Source: Balanoglossus misakiensis | Lineage: Eukaryota > Animalia > Hemichordata | DNA length: 64,000 nt | Direction of reading: 5' to 3' | Assembly: GCA_040954595.2 (NCBI GenBank) | Contig: CM082598.2 | Location: 8,819,097-8,883,096 of the forward strand | Shown here: positions 1 to 13,366 of the stretch, one piece after another | How the letters are laid out: the number at the start of each line of letters is the position of its first letter | Numbering within the stretch: the stretch's first letter is position 1 | The notes under the pieces: generated by a model | Database searches by the model: none | What the model was told of the DNA's origin: nothing | The model's input: the letters and a program-made list of their open reading frames with translations, nothing else | Made by a program: the position numbers and the translations under genes

Positions 1-3000
1 TTTATTTCTCCCCTCCCAAGGATGACGACAATAAATTCTCTGCCATCGTTTCTCCCCTTCAGAGGATGGCGGCAACAAACTCTCAGCCCTTATTTCTCCC
101 CTCCCAAGAATGGTGGCAACAAACTCTAAGCCCTTATTTCTCCCCTCCCAATAATGGCGGCAACAAACTCTAAGCCCTTATTTCTACCCTCCCAATAATG
201 GCGGCAACAAACTATCTGCCCTTATTTCTCCCCTCCCAAGAATGGCGGTAACAAACTCTCAGCCCTTATTTCTCCCCTCCCAAGGACGGCGGCAATAAAT
301 TCTCTGCCATCATTTCTCCACTCCCAAGAACTGCGGCAATAAATTCTCTGCCATCATTTCTCCCCTCCCAAGAATGGCGGCAATAAATTCTCAGCTATCG
401 TTTCTCCCCTCCAGAGAATGGCGGCAACAAACTCTCAGCCATCATTTCTCCCCTCCCAACAAACTCTCAGCCGTTATTTCCCCCCTCCCAAGGATGGCGG
501 CAATAAATTCTCTGCCATCATTTCTCCCCTCCAAAGAATGGCGGCAACAAATTCTCAGCCATCATTTCTCCCCTCCCATAAAATGGCGGCAACAAATTCT
601 CTGCTATCATTTCTCCCCTCCAAACAAACTCTCAGCCGTTATTTCCCCCCTCCCAAGGATGGCGGCAATAAATTCTCTGCCATCATTTCTCCCCTCCAAA
701 GAATGGCGGCAACAAATTCTCAGCCATCATTTCTCCCCTCCCATAAAATGGCGGCAACAAATTCTCTGCTATCATTTCTCCCCTCCCAATAATGGCGGCC
801 ACAAATCTTAGCCCTTATTTCTCCCCTTCCAATAATGGCGGCAACAAACTCTAAGCCCTTATTTCTCCCCTCCCAATAATGGCGGCAACAAACTATCAGC
901 CCTTATTTCTCCCCTCCCAATAATGGCGGCAACAAACTATCAGCCCTTATTTCTCCCCTCCCAAGAATGGCGGTAACAAACTCTCAGCCCTTATTTCTCC
1001 CCTCCCAAGGATGGCGGCAATAAATTCTCTGCCATCATTTCTCCCCTCCCAAGAACTGCGGCAATAAATTCTCTGCCATCATTTCTCCCCTCCCAAGAAT
1101 GGCGGCAATAAATTCTCAGCTATCGTTTCTCCCCTCCAGAGAATGGCGGCAACAAACTCTCAGCCATCATTTCTCCCCTCCCAACAAACTCTCAGCCGTT
1201 ATTTCCCCCCTCCCAAGGATGGCGGCAATAAATTCTCTGCCATCATTTCTCCCCTCCAAAGAATGGCGGCAACAAATTCTCAGCCATCATTTCCCCCCTC
1301 CCATAAAATGGCGGCAACAAATTCTGTGCTATCATTTCTCCCCTCCCAATAATGGCGGCCACAAATCTTAGCCCTTATTTCTCCCCTCCCAAGAATAGCG
1401 GCAACAAACTCTCAGCCCTTATTTCTCCCCTCCCAAGGATGGCGGCAATAAATTCTCTGCCATCATTTCTCCCCTCACAAGAATGGCGGCAATAAATTCT
1501 CTGCCATCATTTCTCCCCTCCCAGGGATGGCGGCAATAAATTCTCTGCCATCATTTCTCCCCTCCACAGAAGGGGGGCAACAAACTCTCAGCCCTTATTT
1601 CTCCCCTCCCAAGGATGGCGGCAATAAATTCTCAGCCATCATTTTTCCCCTCCCAAGGATGGCGGCAACAAATTCTCAGCCATCATTTCTCCCCTCTCTA
1701 AAATGGCGGCAACAAATTCTCTGCTATCATTTCTCCCCTCCCAATAATGGCGGCAACAAATCTTAGCCCTTATTTCTCCCCTCCCAAGAATGGCGGCAAC
1801 AAACTCTAAGCCCTTATTTCTCCCCTCCCAATAATGGCGACAACAAACTATCAGCCCTTATTTCTCCCCTCCCAAGAATGGCGGCAACAAACTCTCAGCC
1901 CCTATTTCTCCCCTCCCAAGGAAGGCGACAATAAATTCTCAGCCATCGTTTCTCCCCTCCAGAGAATGGCGGCAACAAACTCTCAGCCATCATTTCTCCC
2001 CTCCCAACAAACTCTCAGCCGTTATTTCCCCCCTCCCAAGGATGGCGGCAATAAATTCTCTGCCATCATTTCTCCCCTCCAAAGAATGGCGGCAACAAAT
2101 TCTCAGCCATCATTTCTCCCCTCCCATAAAATGGCGGCAACAAATTCTCTGCTATCATTTCTCCCCTCCCAATAATGGCGGCCACAAATCTTAGCCCTTA
2201 TTTCTCCCCTCCCAAGAATGGCGGCAACAAACTCTAAGCCCTTATTTCTCCCCTCCCAATAATGGCGGCAACAAACTCTAAGCCCTTATTTCTCCCCTCC
2301 CAATAATGGCGGCAACAAACTCTAAGCCCTTATTTCTCCCCTCCCAAGAATGGCGGTAACAAACTCCCAGCCCTTATTTCTCCCCTCCCAAGGATGGCGG
2401 CAATAAATTCTCTGCCATCATTTCTCCCCTCCCAAGAACTGCGGCAATAAATTCTCTGCCATCATTTCTCCCCTCCCAAGAATGGCGGCAATAAATTCTC
2501 AGCTATCGTTTCTCCCCTCCAGAGAATGGCGGCAACAAACTCTCAGCCATCATTTCTCCCCTCCCAACAAACTCTCAGCCGTTATTTCCCCCCTCCCAAG
2601 GATGGCGGCAATAAATTCTCTGCCATCATTTCTCCCCTCCAAAGAATGGCGGCAACAAATTCTCAGCCATCATTTCTCCCCTCCCATAAAATGGCGGCAA
2701 CAAATTCTCTGCTATCATTTCTCCCCTCCAAACAAACTCTCAGCCGTTATTTCCCCCGTCCCAAGGATGGCGGCAATAAATTCTCTGCCATCATTTCTCC
2801 CCTCCAAAGAATGGCGGCAACAAATTCTCAGCCATCATTTCTCCCCTCCCATAAAATGGCGGCAACAAATTCTCTGCTATCATTTCTCCCCTCCCAATAA
2901 TGGCGGCCACAAATCTTAGCCCTTATTTCTCCCCTCCCAAGAATGGCGGCAACAAACTCTAAGCCCTTATTTCTCCCCTTCCAATAATGGCGGCAACAAA

Positions 3001-5250
3001 CTCTAAGCCCTTATTTCTCCCCTCCCAATAATGGCGGCAACAAACTATCAGCCCTTATTTCTCCCCTCCCAAGAATGGCGGTAACAAACTCTCAGCCCTT
3101 ATTTCTCCCCTCCCAAGGATGGCGGCAATAAATTCTCTGCCATCATTTCTCCCCTCCCAAGAACTGCGGCAATAAATTCTCTGCCATCATTTCTCCCCTC
3201 CCAAGAATGGCGGCAATAAATTCTCAGCTATCGTTTCTCCCCTCCAGAGAATGGCGGCAACAAACTCTCAGCCATCATTTCTCCCCTCCCAACAAACTCT
3301 CAGCCGTTATTTCCCCCCTCCCAAGGATGGCGGCAATAAATTCTCTGCCATCATTTCTCCCCTGCAAAGAATGGCGGCAACGAATTCTCAGCCATCATTT
3401 CTCCCCTCCCATAAAATGGCGGCAACAAATTCTCTGCTATCATTTCTCCCCTCCCAATAATGGCGGCAACAAATCTTAGCCATCATTTCTCCCCTCTCTA
3501 AAATGGCGGCAACAAATTCTCTGCTATCATTTCTCCCCTCCCAATAATGGCGGCAACAAATCTTAGCCCTTATTTCTCCCCTCCCAATAATGGCGACAAC
3601 AAACTATCAGCCCTTATTTCTCCCCTCCCAAGAATGGCGGCAACAAACTCTCAGCCCCTATTTCTCCCCTCCCAAGGATAGCGACAATAAATTCTCTGCC
3701 ATCGTTTCTCACCTCCCAATAATGGCGGCAACAAACTCTCAGCCCTTATTTCTCCCCTCTCTAAAATGGCGGCAACAAATTCTCTGCTATCATTTCTCCC
3801 CTCCCAATAATGGCGGCAACAAATCTTAGCCCTTATTTCTCCCCTCCCAAGAATGGCGGCAACAAACTCTAAGCCCTTATTTCTCCCCTCCCAATAATGG
3901 CGACAACAAACTATCAGCCCTTATTTCTCCCCTCCCAAGAATGGCGGCAACAAACTCTCAGCCCCTAGGAGGATGGCGGCAATACATTCTCTGCCATCGT
4001 TTCTCCCCTCCCAAGAATGGCGTCAACAAACTCTCAGCCGTTATTTCTCCCCTCCCATAAAATGGCGGCAACAAATTCTCTGCTATCATTTCTCCCCTCC
4101 CAATAATGGCGGCCACAAATCTTAGCCCTTATTTCTCCCCTCCCAAGAATGGCGGCAACAAACTCTAAGCCCTTATTTCTCCCCTCCCAATAATGGCGGT
4201 AACAAACTATCAGCCCTTATTTCTCCCCTCCCAAGAGTGGCGGTAACAAACTCTCAGCCCTTATTTCTCCCCTCCCAAGGATGGCGGCAATAAATTCTCT
4301 GCCATCATTTCTCCCCTCCCAAGAACTGCGGCAATAAATTCTCTGCCATCATTTCTCCCCTCCCAAGAATGGCGGCAATAAATTCTCTGCCATCATTTCT
4401 CCCCTCCAAAGAATGGCGGCAACAAACTCTCAGCCCTTAATTCTCCCCTCCCAATAATGGCGGCAACAAATTCTCTGCCATCATTTCTCCCCTCCCAAGG
4501 ATGGCGGCAATAAATTCTCTGCCATCATTTCTCCCCTCCCAAGGATGGCGGCAATAAATTCTCTGCCATCATTTCTCCCCTCACAAGAATGGCGGCAATA
4601 AATTCTCTGCCATCATTTCTCCCCTCCCAAGAATGGCGGCAATAAATTCTCTGCCATCATTTCTCCCCTCCCAAGAATGGCGGCAACAAACTCTCAGCCC
4701 TTATTTCTCCCCTCCCAAGGATGGCGGCAATAAATTCTCTGCCATCATTTCTCCCCTCACAAGAATGGCGGCAATAAATTCTCTGCCATCATTTCTCCCC
4801 CTCCCAAGGATGGCGGCAATAAATTCTCTGCCATCATTTCTCCCCTCCCAAGAATGGCGGCAACAAACTCTCAGCCCTTAATTCTCCCCTCCCAATAATG
4901 GCGGCAACAAATTCTCTGCCATCATTTCTCCCCTCCCAAGGATGGCGGCAATAAATTCTCTGCCATCATTTCTCCCCTCACAAGAATGGCGGCAATAAAT
5001 TCTCTGCCATCATTTCTCCCCTCCCAAGGATTGCGGCAACAAATTCTTTGCCATCATTTCTCCCCCCCCCCCCAAGAATGGCGGCAACAAACTCTCAGCC
5101 CTTAATTCTCCCCTCCCAATAATGGCGGCAATAAATTCTCTGCCATCATTTCTCCCCTCCCATGGATGTCGGCAATAAATTCTCTGCCATCATTTCTCCC
5201 CTCCCAAGGATGGCGGCAACAAACTCTCAGCCCTTAATTCTCCCCTCCCA
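1..5250. repeat. 44-bp satellite array (about 120 monomers, runs off the left edge) with higher-order structure
   Basis: Monomer approximately TTATTTCTCCCCTCCCAAGAATGGCGGCAACAAACTCTCAGCCC, with 33-bp and 43-bp deletion variants. Near-identical ORF translations recur at an offset of 2108 bp (374/2482, 418/2526, 1099/3207, 1143/3251). Confidence 0.97.
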
Positions 5251-5289
5251 AGTATAATCCCTGTGACACCATATAACGACATATGTACA

Positions 5290-6660
5290 CTACCTTATAA
5301 CGTGTGCCCATCACATTATAACATTTGCGCATCACCTTATAACCTATGCCCATCACCTTATAACATATGCGCATCACCTTATAACATTTGCGCATCACTT
5401 GATAACCTATGCCCATCACCTTATAACGTATGTGCATCACCTTATAACGTTTGCGCATCACCTTATAACGTGTGCCCATCACCTTATAACGTATGTGCAT
5501 CACCTTATAACGTATGCCCATCACCTTATAACGTATGTGCATCACCTTGTAACGTATGCGCATCACCTTATAACATTTGCGCATCACCTTATAACCTTTG
5601 CCCATCACCTTACAACGTATGCGCATCACCTTATAACATTTGCGCATCACTTTATAACGTATGCGCATCACCTTATAACATTTTCGCATCACCTTATAAC
5701 GTATACCCATCACCTTATAATGTATGTGCATCACCTTATAACGTTTGCGCATCACCTTATAACATTTGCCCATCACCTTATAACGTATGTGCATCACCTT
5801 ATAATGTATACTCATCACCTTATAACGTATGTGCATCACCTTATAACGTATGCGCATCACCTTATAACATTTGCGCATCACCTTATAACCTATGCCCATC
5901 ACCTTATAACGTATGCGCATCACCTTATAACATTTGCGCATCACTTTATAACGTATGCCCATCACCTTATAACGTATGTGCATCACCTTATAACGTATAC
6001 CCATCACCTTATAACGTATGTGCATCACCTTATAACGTATGCGCATCACCTTATAGCATTTGCGCATCACCTTATAACGTATGCGCATCACCTTATAACA
6101 TTTGCGCATCACTTTATAATGTATGTGCATCACCTTATAACGTATGCGCATCACCTTATAACATTTTCGCATCACCTTATAACGTATACCCATCACCTTA
6201 TAACGTATGTGCATCACCTTATAACGTATGCGCATCACCTTATAACATTTGCCCATCACCTTATAACGTATGTGCATCACCTTATAACGTATACCCATCA
6301 CCTTATAACGTATGTGCATCACCTTATAACGTATGCGCATCACCTTATAACATTTGTGCATTACCTTATAACCTATGCCCATCACCTTATAACGTATGCG
6401 CATCACATTATAACATTTGCGCATCACTTTATAACGTATGCCCATCACCTTATAACGTATGTGCATCACCTTATAACCTATGCGCATCACTTTATAACCT
6501 ATGCCCATCACCTTATAACGTATGTGCATCACCTTATAACGTATGCCCATCACCTTATAACGTATGTGCATCACCTTATAACATATGTGCATCACCTTAT
6601 AACCTATGTGCATCACCTTATAACGTATGTGCATCACCTTATAACGTATGCACATCATTA
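5290..6660. repeat. 21-bp minisatellite (about 65 units, CATCACCTTATAACGTATGCG)
   Basis: Uninterrupted 21-bp phase, giving heptad-repeat ORFs in three frames. Rare variants recur at 483 bp (TTTTCGC at 5681/6164; CACTTTATAAC at 5942/6425). Confidence 0.97.
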
Positions 6661-6733
6661 TATAAAGAATCCCCATGTCTACATAAATTTATGTCACTTA
6701 AGACAGCCACGGCTTTCCATACGCGGTACCCAC

Positions 6734-7402
6734 TTGTCAATAGCCTGTATGTGTGTAACGGACATTGTTATTGTTGGCAATGAATTCTAGTCCATACTAG
6801 AACAAAATTTGTTTACATTAACAATACTCACTATATACATATTGATTTTGTTAATAAGTTGGATACTGGGCATATCATCATGTTTCAGGAATTTGAATGA
6901 TTAACTGCAGAAGATACACACAAGAAACATAATGAAAAAATAGCAAAAAGTTACAGCAAATGGAGCTCTACAGAAACAACATTATTTTATTCAATGTGTT
7001 TTGTAATCCAATCGAACACAACACTAACTCAACTACCTCTATGGTGACACAAACATCTTGGCCCTATCACATGTTTCCCTATAGGACTCAAAGAAATGTC
7101 TACAATTCTTAGGGGCACACTGGCAATGAACATCACTGCATTTGCAGAAATGAGATTATGTCAACTTACTTTCAGACATAACCATTTAGAGCAATAACCT
7201 GGTCTCCATTGATTCTGTCGGCTCATCTTGTGTTGGTATCAGAGTCAGCAGCCCAGAAAATGTTCCACACTACAGTATTATCCACCGAGTTTGGGTGAGC
7301 AATATCACAGACTTGAAACACTGACTTATCCCCACCAAATTTTACCAGTATTTGACCTTGTTAGTGGTAACGTTGGATAAAACACTAGGTTGTCTAGTCT
7401 AG
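6734..7402 (+). repeat. About 670-bp duplicated block, copy 1 (dispersed repeat family)
   Basis: Aligns end to end with 7650-8323 (TTGTCAA...CATTGTTATTGTTGGCAA...CTAGGTTGTCTAGTCT). Related fragments at about 10250, 53575-53815 and about 59900-60060. Confidence 0.85.
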
Positions 7403-7649
7403 AAAGCAAAATAGCTGATCTTTTTTCATAAATGAAGGCTTTCACTTTCTCAGTTTACACTTACGGGATATATTAACTGCAACGTTTGGTCACTTTTCTA
7501 CACAGCTTTAATTACGGAGAGAAACACCACATCCCCAAAACATATTAACGATTTTCAGAACCCGCCACAAGGAGGCGCTGTTCACAAAACAATGCATGGG
7601 TCAGAGTACCTGTTTGAGGGACGATATGGTTGCCTAGACGATTCCATTA

Positions 7650-8323
7650 TTGTCAACATAGCCTGCATGTGTGTAATGACCATTGTTATTGTTGGCAAAT
7701 GAATTCTAGTCCATCCTAGAATACAAATCTTGCACAATAACATTGCTCACTGTATACATACAGGTTTTGTTAATAAGTTGGATACCGGGCATATCATCAT
7801 GTTTCAGCAATTTGAATGATTAACTGCAGTAGATAAGAAATGTAATGAAAACACAGCAAAAAGTTACAGCAAATGGAGCTCTACAGAAACAACTTGATTG
7901 TATTCAGTGTGTGTTGTTATCCAATATAACTCAACGCTAACTCAACTACCTCTATCTTGGCCCCATCACATGTTACCCTATAGGCCTACCACAAAGAAAT
8001 GTTTCGAAATTTTAGGTGCACACTGGTTATAACTATCATTGCATGTGCACATTATATCAACACATACATAATGTCAACTTTTAACCATCTACAGCAATAA
8101 GCTGGTCTCCATTGATTCTGTCGGGTAATCTTGTGTTGGTATAAGAGTCAGCAGCCCAGAAAATTGTTCACACTACAGTATTATCCACCGAGTTTGGGTG
8201 AGCAATGTTACAGACTTGAAACACTGACTTCATGGTCCCTCCCTCTTTTATCCCCACCAAATTTTACCAGTATTTGACCTTGTTAGTTGTAATATTGGAT
8301 AGAACGCTAGGTTGTCTAGTCTG
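7650..8323 (+). repeat. About 670-bp duplicated block, copy 2
   Basis: Diverged direct repeat of 6734-7402, with long identical runs such as CACACTACAGTATTATCCACCGAGTTTGGGTGAGCAAT. Confidence 0.85.
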
Positions 8324-11080
8324 AAAAGAACAAACATATTGGCAAGTACAAAAAAAAACAAAAACAATTTCCACTGTCTCGAGATAGAAACGTTACTTTT
8401 AGTTTAACAGACTGAAATCAGAAATCAAAATTTTATAAAGACAACAGGAATATCATCATCAGAGGTCCTTATTCTTCAAGGAAAGGGTTATTACTTGTCA
8501 TAAACTATTTCCCAGTTTCTGTGGGGAAATCAAAAGATACACTTGAGTTCATAAAACATACAACTCAATACTGTAGGTCATGGGAACACTTCCTTGCTGC
8601 ATTTTATTACTAGCCAAGAATTACAATGACTGCATTTTGAGAAGCTATGCCATTCACACTTTCAACCATACATTGACCTTTCAAGACTATTTCGGACAGT
8701 AACAGCATCATCTTCAATTGCAACAGATGAAGGTAGCCTTATCTCTATATTGTGTTTGTTTTTAGAGCGTGTGACTGCAAAATGAAATAGTAGATTTCTG
8801 CTAGCAAGTTGTAATGTCTCCCTATGGCTTTCTCTATCCTTGGCTTCACTTTGCAACCTGATTTTCAGTCTCTGAACCATCTTTGAAATAAATACAGCTG
8901 TTATATCTAGTCAATTAGGAACCATGATATGAGATGAGCAGCAATGTTCATACAAAAAGCAGTGTTAGGAAAAGAAAAGTTTAAATCTGGAAATCATTCC
9001 AAGTTGACCTGTTACAAAAATAAAGCTCTATAATATATCCGTATAATGTACATTACCACTCCATGCACCCACCCAGAGACATATTACACAGAGTACACAT
9101 AATAGAACTTTGTACATGAAGATTGTATTCTGCTTGATTCTGCAAGTGATCCTTGCACTTTTCTTATGACCAGTATCAGAACTTTGATGGACAACACTGT
9201 TTCAGTTTATTTTCATTTAACTTATTTTTAGCAGTGTCAATGAAGAGAGGATTTTTAGGTGAAATCCAATTAGTTAAAAGGGCCATGTGTGAATTTTAAA
9301 TGATCACCCACAACTGTTTTTAAACTTTTGCCACCCTTTGCAACCTTTGACCTGCCCAAGTTCAAAATGGCAGATTTTAATAAGGCTCGCTATTTGTACT
9401 GTTCATGATTTTCGTGCATTTTTTATGCACAAGAAGGGAAAATGTGCATTACATTCAACATGAAGGATGAACTGAACAGCCCTGACCCCCCTTTCCTAAC
9501 GCAACACAACTAAGTCAGCCCTGTGCAGACTTAACGTGTACACATTGGTTTTTATACACCAGCCCAGGCCCAGCACTTGTGCTACACCACCGTAACGAGT
9601 ATGGTTTGAACCCCTCCCCCAAGTGTTTTGCCCCCATTGCATCACATAACAAAGTTTTGAGCTTCTCTATATTTGTAGTCCTGAAGAGGTAACTCGCCGT
9701 TCTATGTGAATTGTGCAATATGCCTGGCTTTGATTCGCATAACAGTAAAGTAAATTTTCTGTCTTGAGTTGGGAGCACGTCTGGTGGACAGCAATTTTCC
9801 CGAGGTTATCTTTGGCGGAGTTTTTATAGTCACATAACCCACTCTACTTTAGTCTCCATACCTACTCCAACAGGCCTGCATACCAAATACCACATTCAAA
9901 TTTATATACATACACAATACAGGTTACTTTTACATGAGTAGCGGTTCATGTACTTTATTGGATGAACTGAAATTTTACCCCGCACCAAAACCCAGAGGTA
10001 AAACTCTTTTTTTCAAGTAAGGGAAACCCTCTGGGAAAGCGTAGGTATACAGATTCACCTAGTTTTCAAATGATTGTATTTAAATAAATGCCTCTTGAAA
10101 ATCTAACTTTCAAATGAACATGCTGATCTGGCATACAAAATAGTAGAAAAAGAAAGAATATCTTGAAAATTGTAAAATATCAAGCTAAATTTTGTATTTT
10201 AAGTTCAGGTAAAACTGAAAAATATTACCTGTAAGTGTTGGTACAGAACATTGTTATTATTGGCAAATGCATTCAATTGTGGACTAGAATACAAATGTTA
10301 ATAATAACAATGCTGATTATGAACACAAGAAATCCTGGTTCATACACAGACCAAAATAAATGGAAAAGTCATCAAATATTACAGATAGTTGAACTTCATT
10401 TATATGAGAATAAATGTCATCCAAACTACATTCTATATATATTATCACTTTACAAGCAATTGCGAAATCATAAATTTCATATTCAAATAGGAAGAACAAA
10501 AAGAATAACCATCAAATTGTTGAATAGTGCACACACAAGTTGTGTCAAAAGTGACTAATGTACTGATCACGGGAAACTATTCTGGATTTGAAGGAAACCT
10601 TATCAGTTACAGCTACTGGGAAAACTTCATTGAAGATCCCCAAAGACATGTCAAGCAAAAGCCAATTAAAGTCTCATTTGATAAAGCCTTTGGATAAAGT
10701 TCGTCATTAAAGAGATTGAGGAAAAGGGACACAGAGATGAATGTTCAAATGCATGATAACTGAAAACTGACTGTGTATAAAATATAGGAAACTTTTAAAA
10801 GGAAGTAATAGAAAACTTTTTAAAATAAAAGTAAATATCACAGTGAAAAGTTTTTGTTGTTCAAAAAGTGTAAATAATGTGTTGCCTGTAAGCCATGATG
10901 CATGATCTCCATGCCAATTAATTTATGAGCGAATTTACTGCTTTTATGCCCCCCCCCCCGAAATACAAACAAAACAATCATACATATATGGCTTCTACAA
11001 ACACATTATTTATGTTTTCATAAAGGAAATTTTCATCAATAAAATCAACAGACTGTAAACACTCACACAATGCATATGCA

Positions 11081-11252
11081 CAGTGAAACCTGTCTATCAA
11101 GGACCTCTGAGACCAGAAAATCTGTCCTTAGTAGACAGGTGTCCCTAATAGACTGGAAATATTCAATTTAAAGTATGACTTGTCTTGAAAAATCTGTCCT
11201 TAATAGAGACGTATCCTAAGTAGAGAGGTGTCCGTAAGGACAGATTTCACTG
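11081..11252. mobile_element. Tc1/mariner(pogo)-type MITE, 172 bp
   Basis: Imperfect TIRs CAGTGAAACCTGTC...GACAGATTTCACTG. Right flank is TA; left flank is CA (probably a mutated TA). Confidence 0.65.
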
Positions 11253-11684
11253 TATGCAAAATGTGTAAAATAATCTGAACAAAAACACAAACATACACAC
11301 ACACATCAAAAATCGTATATCAAAATCTTAACTCACTATGTCATCACCGAGTAAATTTGATTTACCAGTATATCAAACTGTTGAACACTGCACACACATA
11401 CGAAAAGCAACTAATGAACTGATCCCAGGAAACTACACTGGACTTGAAGGATCTATTGCAATTTTTTTTCATCATCAAATTGGGTTAGTTATGTATATGG
11501 TATTCTCAAATATATTGCAAATTGAAACCTTCTCATCTGTTATAGCCATTGGGAAAACTTCATTAAAGACATACCCTCTAACACTGAGGAAAAATATACA
11601 GAAAGACATGAATGTTAAAATGTTCACACACACACATACATAATTTTTATTGATAATATGGGAAAGTACATTGGAGGAAGCGAA

Positions 11685-12415
11685 GACAGCGCGCACAAAG
11701 ATATAGATGAGTTGAAGAGGGACTGCAATCTTGTGACTTCTTCTGCAAGGATGGTGAACCTGTTTCATCAGATAGAAACCACAGAGGACTCCCAAACGGC
11801 AACAAAAATGGCAGTGTACAATGTGTGTATCATCAGCACTCTCCTCAATGGCAGCAAAACATGGACGACCTACTTGAAACAGGAGTGCTAACTTAACAGC
11901 TTCCATCTGCATTATCTTCGCTATATCCTTGGCATCCACTGGAGTGACAAAATTACCAATGCCCAGGTCCTAGAGCGTGCAGGTCTTCCTATCACATTCA
12001 CACACTTCTTAGGTAATGCAGACTTCGGTGGCTAGGCCATGTGCCAAGGATGGAGGATGGACACATTCCCCCAAAGAGAAGAGACAGTCACCCCCATCTG
12101 GGCTACAAAGATGTCTGCAAGCGTGACATGAAAGCCCTGGACATCAACACAGAGAATTGGGAAGAGGTTAAGGCAGTGTTCTTCACAAGCAGCTGAAGTC
12201 ATGGAGAGGAAGAAATCCTGACCACAGCCAGTGAAAAGAGAGCCAAGCAGAAGGCATGCACCCAAGAAGATACCCAAACAAGTCACATCAGCAGCAAATA
12301 TGGCAGAGAGATTGCCACTCCCGCATCTGACTAAAAGCCACAGCTGTCGCAACATCATGACTTTCTCTTGCACAATATCCATAGTCGGTACCGACTGACA
12401 GAGGCCTACTGACAC
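11685..12415 (+). mobile_element. 5'-truncated, degenerate RTE-clade non-LTR retrotransposon (3' end of the RT ORF)
   Basis: Frameshifted peptides TKMAVYNVCIISTLLNGSKTWTTY, LNSFHLHYLRYILGIHWSDKITNAQVLERA, RLRWLGH and YKDVCKRDMKALDINTENWE, typical of RTE/BovB-like C-termini. Confidence 0.85.
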
Positions 12416-12819
12416 ATAGGAATTCAAAAATACAACCATGTCAATCAGAGATACCAAACATGAACCCTGAACACCCAAAACATTATGAAAATTCAAAATA
12501 CAAAAATATAAGCAAAATACAGCCATGGCAGTCCCAGTTGTCAAAATACAAGCACAGAACTCCCAAACACCCAAAAATTCGTGAAATTCAAACCCACAAA
12601 AATGAATAGCAATCACATATGCCCAATACAACTACTGAAGTCCAAGATAACCAGTTCAACAATAAAACACCCAGACACAAAAATTGGTGTCTTGCCATGC
12701 AACATCTGAAAAGGTTTGGGCAGTCATAAGTAACTGCTTATCAAGACCCTCTACAGAATCAAAGTAATTTGGATCACTCACACAAATATACATTATACAT
12801 GCACGAAGGCACAGAAACA

Positions 12820-13060
12820 AATATACATACATACATGCATACATACATACCCAGGTATATGCATACATACCGGTACACACACAAACACAGAAATGCATTT
12901 AAAAATATAAACAAAATAAGTGAATGAATGGATGGATGGATAAGCAAACAAATAATAAAAAAATAAAAACATATGTGAATGAATGAATGAATAAATGAAT
13001 GAATGGATGGATGGATGAAAGAACAAATAAACACAAGACGATATAAACAAATAAATAAAC
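12820..13060. repeat. Compound microsatellite (CATA/TGAA/TGGA/AAAT)
   Basis: Direct reading; explains the low-complexity ORFs at 12656-13062. Confidence 0.85.
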
Positions 13061-13366
13061 AAATTATACCTGCAAGCAGGATTGATGGGTCCTATTGTTA
13101 GGTATGCTCCTAATTAATTAGGTCAACATAGGGTCAAGGGGGTTCTGAGATTTAACCGTCAGGTCATGTGACTAATTAAAAATTCAAGGTTCAATGGACA
13201 TCTACTCATTGACCTCGACCACTCATGCAAGTTTGAGAAGTGTACTTGCAGTGGTTTCAGAGATCCAGGCCATCAAGAATTGAAAAAAAAGAAAGAAGTG
13301 GAAAGAACAAAAAAGCCTATAAAAGCCAATGGCTTTGGCCCCTAATAACAAACAAACAATAAAATT

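Noticed and set aside
374-4881. Many short ORFs (MAAINS..., MAATNSQ...) in the satellite
   Set aside because: They are translations of the 44-bp monomer, whose length is not a multiple of three. No coding evidence.
1-6660. CRISPR-like regular spacing of repeats
   Set aside because: Units are head-to-tail with no unique spacers, no cas genes are present and the context is eukaryotic.
8662-8880. Possible host exon on the minus strand (acceptor-like site at 8881, AATAAA near 8605)
   Set aside because: No recognisable protein motif and no linkable neighbouring exons. Similar isolated candidates near 16480-16713 and 25725-25946 contain stops.
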